A DNA stretch of 64,000 nt from a virus. Its lineage: Duplodnaviria; Caudoviricetes. The position numbers were made by a program, and so were the translations under genes. A model generated the notes under the pieces. It did no database searches and was not told the DNA's origin. It was given only the letters and a program-made list of their open reading frames with translations. Shown in pieces: positions 57,001-64,000 of the stretch (within the stretch, counting starts at the first letter, position 1; every line of letters begins with the position of its first letter). Location of the stretch: positions 1 through 64,000 of the IMG/VR virus record IMGVR_UViG_3300031998_000008. The stretch is one strand, 5' to 3'.

Positions 57001-60000
57001 CACTCATTCCAACAAAAGCACTTGGTATTTGTCTATATCCAAATGTACTACCTGATGTATAGTATATAAAAGAAGAAGAGTCTTGTAAGTAAAACGTCTC
57101 ATCACATTTAGGAAGACTAAATGCGCTTACATGCATTTCCTTATTTATTTCATTTTTGTTTTTGTCAATACGAACAAGATACTCAGGAACTGTTCCTCCT
57201 GAAACAAAATCAACGTCCCTATTATACATCCACCAATAAAAAGCACCTTCTTTAAGCAAAGATACTTTTTGTATTACTGTATTTGTTTTGTTTACAAGTC
57301 CACAATCGGGAAAAACTAATGGTATTGTTAATAAGAACAAATAAGCCTTTGCATATATACTTGTTTGAAGATTATATATATCAGTATCAAATAGTCCAAA
57401 ATTGCTATAAATTCCATTATCATCAAAATACTTATGTTCAGCACGTATGGTTTCCATTCTTCTTACTGCTATATTTTCTAAATCCTCATTGCCACCGTTT
57501 CTTATCAATTCTTCTATTTCAGAGTCTGATAATGTATTACCACTATTTTCCCCATCTATGTAAACAAAATAGCTACCAATTGTTGTACGATTACAATTTC
57601 CATTCACTTCATCAGTTATACGTCTAAATGTCTTTGACCCACGTTTAACATCGAAGTCTATATCAAACAATCCTTTTGCATCTTCATCTTCTGTTTCACT
57701 CTTTTCACGAGTAAGTTCAGCACCTATATTGTTCATTAATGTGTTTACATAATCTCTTGTTTCATACAAAACAAATGTACCACCAGGAAGTGGTTTCCCG
57801 ATTTGTAAACTACCCTCTCCACCATAATAAGAACCATGATTTATTGTTGATATGTATCTATTTGTTGATTGTAGATTGCCGTTTGAAAAATCATGTTTTA
57901 GTTCATTTGTTCCATTGAAGCAAAGAGGATAATACTTGAAATGTGTATTATCATCTTCTTGAGCATACTTATATTCTAAGTAGTCAACACCTCTATCAAT
58001 TTCTTTTCCAATCCAAGCACCAATGTTATTTGAAAATGGCATTCCGCCAGTTGCTAATACGCCAATGAATCCACCCCAATACTTACTTGTATCTCTTCTT
58101 TCTGGTCTTGAACAATGAGCAAACAAATTTGAGTTTGTACTTTGTGACCCATCTATTTGCCAAGAACTTCTTATAGGGTTTTTAGCTGATGTTGTTATCT
58201 GTTTTATAAAATCAGTCTTTTCATCGCCAACATTAGCATCATCAGCAAACTTTTTAATAAAATCAACAAAGGTTCTTGAGTGAGTTATACCAACAGCCTT
58301 ATAAAAATTAATTGCTTCAACACGTCCAAAATCACCAGCCTCAGAACTATCAGATGAATCTGTTGATGATACCATATAATAAAACATTCTAAGAGAAAAT
58401 ATTGCATATATGTCACCAATTATTTCATCAATACTTGCATTGTTCTGTATTTTTTTAGCAACGCTAGCATATGGGTTTGGAAAACTACCATTATTTGCAA
58501 TATCATAAACTGTTATTGGTATAAAGTTTTCAACACTTGTTGCAGGACCAGATTGTACTGCATTTACAGTTGTTCCACTTGCTCTATATCCCTCTATTAT
58601 ACGATTTGCCTCTTGTGATTCTTCAAAATATAATTTTGACCCATTTAACAACTCATATACAAATTTTATTTCTTCTAAATTTTCTTCAGGATTTCCTACC
58701 AAAGCACCTTCTTTTCCTGGCCATATTTCCTTTTTTCTTGTTATTGAGTTGTTTTCTTCATCTTTACAATCTTCATAAAATGTTGCAAATGGCGGTAAAT
58801 AATTACCCCTTAGTTTTATACCTTCAGCACCTTCTTTTGGCGTTTCTGTGTCAGTATCACCGTCACCTATACCATATGTTGTTTTTTCTCTTTTTGTTCT
58901 ATCCTTTTCTAATTGGTCTTTTATGACTTCAAGATGTTTAAAATAAACATGCATAAAGGTTTCAAGATGAGCAAATGCCAAATCAAAAATATTTTTTATT
59001 GATGGCCTAAAACCAAGTGCTTGCTCAACCAAAGAATCATGTTCTTTTTTATAGTCTTCGTTGTATTTTACTTTTCTCTTTTCTAAGGCATTTTTTCTAT
59101 CAGTAAGATACCTTATTCCTGTGCTATATTTACTACTTCCTCTATAATGAACATATAATTTAAAAGTTGTCATATTTTCATATGATTTCTTTTCAATACA
59201 ATCACTCAAAAATTTCATCAAAGGTTCACTAAATTCTTGATGTCTTCCATCATCTTGTAATGCCTGTGCAACAACGGCATGTCCGTGTTCATCCTTTGAT
59301 TCATACCATGACCATGTATGTCCATTGTATTTCCATCCACTTTTGTCTTTTGTAAATACATAATAATGCTCACTATCATTAACCCAAGTATCAATAGCAC
59401 CAAAATACCCTTTAATTTTTTCTTGTCCACCAGAAAACTTGTCATCATAAGCACTTAATGCCTCTGAAAACGCAGTTAATTTATCGCCAATTCCACTGTC
59501 ATGAGATGCTATTGTGTTTTCAACACCACATATAAACATGTATGAATATTTTGGGTTTTCTGTATCCTCCTCAAAATATGAAAAATATTTAACGTTATCA
59601 TTAACAAACAAATCATTATAACAATTGATGATATGTGTTAATGCTTCAATATCTTCATCAATATCTTGCATCATTTCATGGGTTTCTGATTGTGCATTTG
59701 CAATGCTTTGTGCGCATTCAACTTCAGCTATTTTCTTAGCCAATTCAGGAAATTTAAGCATTGGTGACTGCATAACCTCATTTCCATTATCATCATACCT
59801 ATAAAAGCAAAATTCATTACTTGCAATTTTTTCTTTCCAATACTTATCACCCTCTTCGGTATATGGGGCAATGGCAAGGCATGTCATTGGTACATCAGCA
59901 AAAAGCCCATACATATGACCTATGAAGTTAACGGTTAAAACAAAGTTACCATTCTTTGAATCAAAATCAATATCTGTTTTATTTACAGCAAGTCTATACG

Positions 60001-60538
60001 TAACACCCTTCCCATAAAATCCTTTTACTTTCAATATAAACAAAGGATATGGCATTGTGAACAATGATTTATATAAATGATATACTTCTCCACGATTCCC
60101 TTCGTTGTAGTATTCTTGTTCTGATGGTTGCATAACAGTAGCACCCCTAACATCAACAAACTTAACAACAACGGTTGGGTGTAACCAAGAATCATATGAT
60201 ATGTTTATTGATTCTATGCCAAGGCATTCTTGAGTGTTGTTCCTTGGGTCAACATTTTGTATATCGGTAAAATTAGTTGTTAAGAAATTATCAGTACCGC
60301 CTAAAAAAGATAACGTACCTGCTGTTGTTGCAAAATGAAGAACTTTTTGCTCATTTGTTTCATTCGCAAAACCACAAGAATATCTATCATTAGTAAACAC
60401 AGTCAAATCAACAGCAATGTTATAGTCATCATAAGGAAAAACTATAGCATCTGAAGTAGGCGTGTTGTTGAATGTCAATGTTGTTGGTTCAAAATATCTT
60501 AACCTACCTAAATTTTTTTCTTCGTTGTTTTCAGCCAT
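54065..60538 (-). CDS. Baseplate hub / tail-associated lysin with Amidase_3-like and CHAP/NlpC-like C-terminal domains
   Basis: Hub-like CTVEMMGDMQIFP.MYFQL..GAYMIKKVTHVI; ITPAHG..E..PHWN..ILTEN; CAAYVRSA..KGDIAVY..GHICMY..W.SDFKQ. Confidence 0.75.
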   Translation of the reverse strand: MAENNEEKNLGRLRYFEPTTLTFNNTPTSDAIVFPYDDYNIAVDLTVFTNDRYSCGFANETNEQKVLHFATTAGTLSFLGGTDNFLTTNFTDIQNVDPRNNTQECLGIESINISYDSWLHPTVVVKFVDVRGATVMQPSEQEYYNEGNRGEVYHLYKSLFTMPYPLFILKVKGFYGKGVTYRLAVNKTDIDFDSKNGNFVLTVNFIGHMYGLFADVPMTCLAIAPYTEEGDKYWKEKIASNEFCFYRYDDNGNEVMQSPMLKFPELAKKIAEVECAQSIANAQSETHEMMQDIDEDIEALTHIINCYNDLFVNDNVKYFSYFEEDTENPKYSYMFICGVENTIASHDSGIGDKLTAFSEALSAYDDKFSGGQEKIKGYFGAIDTWVNDSEHYYVFTKDKSGWKYNGHTWSWYESKDEHGHAVVAQALQDDGRHQEFSEPLMKFLSDCIEKKSYENMTTFKLYVHYRGSSKYSTGIRYLTDRKNALEKRKVKYNEDYKKEHDSLVEQALGFRPSIKNIFDLAFAHLETFMHVYFKHLEVIKDQLEKDRTKREKTTYGIGDGDTDTETPKEGAEGIKLRGNYLPPFATFYEDCKDEENNSITRKKEIWPGKEGALVGNPEENLEEIKFVYELLNGSKLYFEESQEANRIIEGYRASGTTVNAVQSGPATSVENFIPITVYDIANNGSFPNPYASVAKKIQNNASIDEIIGDIYAIFSLRMFYYMVSSTDSSDSSEAGDFGRVEAINFYKAVGITHSRTFVDFIKKFADDANVGDEKTDFIKQITTSAKNPIRSSWQIDGSQSTNSNLFAHCSRPERRDTSKYWGGFIGVLATGGMPFSNNIGAWIGKEIDRGVDYLEYKYAQEDDNTHFKYYPLCFNGTNELKHDFSNGNLQSTNRYISTINHGSYYGGEGSLQIGKPLPGGTFVLYETRDYVNTLMNNIGAELTREKSETEDEDAKGLFDIDFDVKRGSKTFRRITDEVNGNCNRTTIGSYFVYIDGENSGNTLSDSEIEELIRNGGNEDLENIAVRRMETIRAEHKYFDDNGIYSNFGLFDTDIYNLQTSIYAKAYLFLLTIPLVFPDCGLVNKTNTVIQKVSLLKEGAFYWWMYNRDVDFVSGGTVPEYLVRIDKNKNEINKEMHVSAFSLPKCDETFYLQDSSSFIYYTSGSTFGYRQIPSAFVGMSDNISDSRKVYLKKYFEHWAETEFSENLDVLEDLNLRLPRQDGSLVYGEPLNLNFVKMSVGLESDSNNVYNAKKLQRFLKKLLLSVCTVFDYYGGFYGQDMVVEVADFKNGFRNFMDQLNRVYGKIAVASNDEIGKAFTEMEMNEDPFKSEDLRLSTYMTLKSLYNKWICGATKGENTWKIARSTRSSRSSDFSYGGNVGNKTIYDGDSGLYELDNFIYMDSLYRDIGYNLRVNLTKVADWITTSIPSAAINEHEGTMNYNSRSLYEFLTEVAQDCGGMLIAIPQRFMFNNTEDIKTIFTPIPSCQKWDDNSYTYMFLYTYKPSEHLGDSSTSNIDMNGWSPDGDGFSFTDDEIVGALFDNNDFGYGVPAFGVTFGKGNQSYFKDIKLSTGQYGVTEAGLNATFQIAAKGSETVRQTTLYGQDIYKVYANNAYECTVEMMGDMQIFPPMYFQLNNVPLWKGAYMIKKVTHVITPGDATTTIVGVRQNRNLIPFTDGDIVSLVSDKPAEAPTDTPVLGANVEANSIAGTGSVNQNPNPNFNAGADESDIDPSNITREKPLICITPAHGPNTEKSKEWAWSTNLIDNYIIPRLRTKTFKDGTSYNKNVHRCNKGGAHTTAKGYSMVETRNLVTKYGSDNVISVVPHWNGCGGNRLCVFYGRATGCTTYQVKNKDGSLKFDRNGNPVMWYKTDCTTHEYKREDSRRFAAFLRAAGEELLQKVRNGQIRTAPDGMLSKVTYESDGLFNYMLTPNCTDGAVQQNCACILTENFFADYTVNNVSWSNDSTYKTTDANGKYQTGRGWLESEEGLAAIADMHVNAIVNYINSIGTESTAQNNVGSVNGYNIDAACEWIQSHSYSATTHACAAYVRSAIDVGFNTSPNGSNSYTGNHGRPDWAYKYSTFLPTIGFTKITTIPSSQAGGYVPQKGDIAVYKKGTDSDYPGHICMYTGTRWCSDFKQNGMYVYGALNTPEIDIFRMQGTA

Positions 60539-60541
60539 TTA

Positions 60542-60871
60542 TTAACCGTAATATTTCTTATTTTTATCTATTGATTTTTGATAATCAGATAATGACACAT
60601 TCAATGGATATGGTATTCTAAGTTCAACACCGTCAGGTATTCTGAACTCCAATGAGCCATATTTTGCATTTGCTTGCATTATAAGCCATGCATAACTTGA
60701 ACTTCCATAATATTGATATGAAACAAGGTCCAATCTTGTCTTACCCTTTTCATATGTAATAAATTTATCGGTATCTTTCTCAGGTAATTCTCCAAAAGAT
60801 ACAATATCTATTTTGTCGCCGTTTTTAAATTGTGAATATCTATCAAATGCTTCCATATATAATAATACCAA
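60542..60871 (-). CDS. LysM/gpX-like baseplate protein
   Basis: RLDLVSYQYYGS..WLIMQAN..IPDG..LRIP. Confidence 0.8.
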   Translation of the reverse strand: MVLLYMEAFDRYSQFKNGDKIDIVSFGELPEKDTDKFITYEKGKTRLDLVSYQYYGSSSYAWLIMQANAKYGSLEFRIPDGVELRIPYPLNVSLSDYQKSIDKNKKYYG

Positions 60872-60895
60872 TTACAATTATTAAATCAATAAATT

Positions 60896-63800
60896 TTATC
60901 TTTTAAGGCCTGGCGAATAGTTTTTATTTGCTTTTTTATCGTATATAGATGCATTTGCATAATAATTTGATGAAACAGCATTTTGAAGTCTTTCAACAGG
61001 ACCTGTAATATCTTGACCTCCAATAAAATTGAAGTTTATGTTTATATTTGCAAACATTGGCTGAACACCTGCACCTTCAGGATTTAAATCCCATTGGATA
61101 CTGCTGTCGTTTGCGTAGTCTATACTCATTGAAGTAATACAAATCTTCGTATGGAAGAAGTCACCAATTCTTAATATACAATAAGGTGCTCTACCGAATG
61201 ACAAGTTTCCTGCATATTTAACATAATTTGGGCTTGTAGCATCATGCGCTCCTGATGATAAATCTAAAGTTGGCCCCTGTCTTGTACATTGTTGTAAGAA
61301 TGTAAGCCTTGAGTTAAACCCTTCAGGAGTTATTGAATGAAATGCAGGATTAAAATATCTTATTTTTTCTATGATTTTTTCATAAGCAACATCTTTTGTG
61401 TCAGCAAGTTCAGCGAAATAAAGATACTCATTGCCGCATGAATATTCATCTGTTTGCGTTGTTGTAAGAACCGCTTCTGTCATATTAGCTGACGTACCAC
61501 TATTATCACTCTGAACATTATCAAAATTTTGTTCAGAAATAATACGTGTGCCTCTTTCGCTTGGCTCACTGTTTGTTGTTGTTTCTTCATCCCATTTTAT
61601 CCTAAACAACACATAAGAGCAACGTGCTATTTTTGCTTCAAGACTATTAATATCTCTATTTTCAGTGCCAACATCATTCATTGGTATTTCTTTTGGCGGT
61701 AAATCATTAAATTGTTGTAAAGTTATATTACTACAGTTTTCGTTTGTTGCTTTTTTAATTAAATCTCTACGCCTATTACCAAGTTTAACATTGTTATTGG
61801 CAAATCCATGTGAAGAAGCAAATCCTTTTGCCTCAATAACATCTATTTTAATGTTTGTTCCAATTTCGCCAAAAATAGTTCCACCTGATGATTCTGTATT
61901 TTGGATAACTTCATTCAAATGGTCATACCCATTCGTTGCATCAAAGAAACTATATATATCAACAGTTTCATCATTGTTAAATAATGTTTTCTTAATTTGT
62001 GATTTTACATCATTTGATGGTGCATAATTCAAATTAAACAATGACTTATTATGATTCTCATAAACTTGGTTTGGAATGTCGCTATCCTCTTCATTTACCC
62101 ATTCGGTCCCTGAAGTACCCTTTTCATAAGTTTTTAAACTATTAATTGCAACATCAGTTTCATAATCAAAACCAGAAAAATTATTTGGGAAAAATAAAAC
62201 CAAAGCAACTTTTTTAGTTCTTCCTTGATAAGTTGGGTTATTTGGTGTTTTGTCCGGATTTGGATTTTCATTTGGCGTATCTATTCCGTTACCACAAGTA
62301 CCTTCTAATGGTTCACATCCCGCAAAAAATCTAAGTATTTCATTTTCACGTTCATCAGGATTATCAACCTCTTCGTTTCTACCTCTCCACTTGTTTATTA
62401 TTGATGGATGGTCTATTAACAATGTAAAACTAAGTGTACCGCTTCTATCGGTGTTAGTGTATGTATAAATTTGTTCTCCACGCCCAATAAACTTGTTTGC
62501 GTTCCAATCAACGTTAACATTTTCAGTAAACTTTAAATTATACGGTGGAAACCACATTATTCTGCCGCCATTTGGTCCTTGCTGCTCATTTGATAATTCA
62601 TTTTCAATACGAACATCTCTCCATGCTAAGTTTTCAATAGAAAACATGCATTTTTTAACATCATTTTTAATATCCTCATTAGTTTTTGTCTTTCCATGCA
62701 TAGGCGTGATTCTGACAAATCCATTGTCCATAAGAACACTATTATTCCCTAATGTTACAGCACCGTTATTAGGTCTTAAATTAGTTTCTTTATACATGTC
62801 CTGTGTATCAGAAAGACTACTTTTTGTCTTAAATGGACGTATTAATGTGTTTAATTTTCCATATTGATGATGTGCAGTCCAAACACGGCAATAAGGATTT
62901 TCATATCCTGTACTGCTATCAGCATTCCTTTCTGCATTCTTAATTAAAAGATTCCTACCCCTTGACAATCCAAAACTTGATTTTGAAGTAATTAATTCAT
63001 TATCCAAATCAACATTAGATGTGTGGAACCTATTGATTAATGAACCTATTTTTTGATTATAGAATAAACTATTTGTTCTTTGTATTAACTTTGAATATCC
63101 GCTTGCAGATTCCCCAACACTTGGTATGAATGATTTAACATATTTTTCATCAACATTTATTGTTGGTGAACCGCCTTCGTCATGTTCTCTATAATAACGG
63201 TCAATAGTTGAGCCTCCATTACCCTTTGTAACTACACTAATAAAATCACTAATTTTCTCATTTACGCTGAAATATTCAAGTTCACCTTCATTTTCGCTTT
63301 CAGGCCCAATTGCATATGTGTTTTTGTATGAATAATTTGCATTTGCTTCTAAATTAGCAGTTCTGAAATCTTCAGAATTTGCATATATTCCAAATTTTCC
63401 AAGTGTTGACATTGAATATGAAGCATCCATTAGCCTTTCCAAGTCACCATAGTTTCTATTTCCAAGGCCATCACTTAATTCTTGAAATTTCCTATGCTCA
63501 GCAAAATAGTCAAAATCATATCTCAAATTACGCATTCTATACTTATCTCTTTCGTATTCAGCAATTTCTACAATATCTTTAAGTATTTCTTTTGTGTAAT
63601 TTCTATCCCTATGATTTGTTATTATATCAGCCTCACCTTGTGTTTCCATTAAATTTGATGGAACAAGGCCCATGTAATCGTACCTGTTTTCTGAACTTAG
63701 CCCATCATTACCTGTCCATTCGCTAACATTTCTTGTATAGTACATAAGTTCATTTGCATACCCACCATTACTATCTTTTATAAATCCATGGTTTGAATGC

Positions 63801-64000
63801 AATACATATCCATTAATTGAATATTCGTCACCAAAATTTGATGTTTCAGGTATTTTATGTGGATTATATTCACCAAAAATATAACTGTCATAATCAACAG
63901 GAACTATGCTTCTGTAAAAATCGTTTACATCATCTCTAATATTGGTTTCTCTAATTGTTGATTCAAATTTTGTAAATCCTGTCTCAGTAATAAAATTTAG
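60896..64000 (-). CDS. Baseplate/tube-initiator-like protein with inserted OmpA-like domain; 5' end likely beyond window
   Basis: FPPY..ENVNVDW....IGRGEQIYTY...RS..LSF and APYCILRIGD..ITSMSIDY..WD..QPM.AN motifs. The called TTG start at 63802 is preceded by open frame as far as I read it (to about 63900). Confidence 0.65.
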   Translation of the reverse strand, partial: LNFITETGFTKFESTIRETNIRDDVNDFYRSIVPVDYDSYIFGEYNPHKIPETSNFGDEYSINGYVLHSNHGFIKDSNGGYANELMYYTRNVSEWTGNDGLSSENRYDYMGLVPSNLMETQGEADIITNHRDRNYTKEILKDIVEIAEYERDKYRMRNLRYDFDYFAEHRKFQELSDGLGNRNYGDLERLMDASYSMSTLGKFGIYANSEDFRTANLEANANYSYKNTYAIGPESENEGELEYFSVNEKISDFISVVTKGNGGSTIDRYYREHDEGGSPTINVDEKYVKSFIPSVGESASGYSKLIQRTNSLFYNQKIGSLINRFHTSNVDLDNELITSKSSFGLSRGRNLLIKNAERNADSSTGYENPYCRVWTAHHQYGKLNTLIRPFKTKSSLSDTQDMYKETNLRPNNGAVTLGNNSVLMDNGFVRITPMHGKTKTNEDIKNDVKKCMFSIENLAWRDVRIENELSNEQQGPNGGRIMWFPPYNLKFTENVNVDWNANKFIGRGEQIYTYTNTDRSGTLSFTLLIDHPSIINKWRGRNEEVDNPDERENEILRFFAGCEPLEGTCGNGIDTPNENPNPDKTPNNPTYQGRTKKVALVLFFPNNFSGFDYETDVAINSLKTYEKGTSGTEWVNEEDSDIPNQVYENHNKSLFNLNYAPSNDVKSQIKKTLFNNDETVDIYSFFDATNGYDHLNEVIQNTESSGGTIFGEIGTNIKIDVIEAKGFASSHGFANNNVKLGNRRRDLIKKATNENCSNITLQQFNDLPPKEIPMNDVGTENRDINSLEAKIARCSYVLFRIKWDEETTTNSEPSERGTRIISEQNFDNVQSDNSGTSANMTEAVLTTTQTDEYSCGNEYLYFAELADTKDVAYEKIIEKIRYFNPAFHSITPEGFNSRLTFLQQCTRQGPTLDLSSGAHDATSPNYVKYAGNLSFGRAPYCILRIGDFFHTKICITSMSIDYANDSSIQWDLNPEGAGVQPMFANININFNFIGGQDITGPVERLQNAVSSNYYANASIYDKKANKNYSPGLKR

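Noticed and set aside
1-64000. Stop-codon recoding (TAG to Gln) as in Lak megaphages
   Set aside because: Genes are full length under the standard code with high coding density, and TAG ends several genes (13335, 46386, 47671, 53376)
1-64000. DGR reverse transcriptase, template repeat, CRISPR array, tRNA or rRNA genes
   Set aside because: No RT motif protein, second VR copy, repeat-spacer array or cloverleaf was recognised by eye; a tool scan could still find a weak case

Overview
64 kb of an AT-rich (about 30% GC by eye), densely coding, standard-genetic-code genome of a large myovirus-type (jumbo-like) phage. The host is probably an anaerobic gut or rumen Bacteroidales: DnaK, YqeY and sigma are Bacteroidetes-like, Shine-Dalgarno sites are absent, and there is a BACON-like domain and a class III RNR. 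From left to right: a C-type-lectin (DUF1566-like) gene whose 3' end looks like a diversity-generating retroelement (DGR) variable repeat, DnaK, YqeY, RuvC-like resolvase, Rad50/gp46 ATPase and a sigma70-family factor. Next come probable head/internal proteins, a long tail/baseplate block (including gp6-like wedge and gp25) and two glycosyltransferase genes. Then nrdG/nrdD, DnaB helicase, 5'-3' exonuclease, PhoH, methyltransferase, RecA/UvsX, thymidine kinase and gp32-like SSB. The window ends with a baseplate hub/tail lysin carrying two peptidoglycan hydrolase domains, a LysM-like protein and a truncated baseplate protein. Best leads: (1) an orphan DGR target, with 58 consecutive codons lacking a third-position A plus a downstream hairpin, and no RT or template repeat seen in the window; (2) two promoter classes, ACTATTTAT and TTGTTT-17-TATAWT; (3) a putative protease-processed polyprotein that would release a DUF4259-like domain; (4) a multi-hairpin non-coding element with IS200/IS605-like ends. 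All family calls are motif recognition by eye, not database results.
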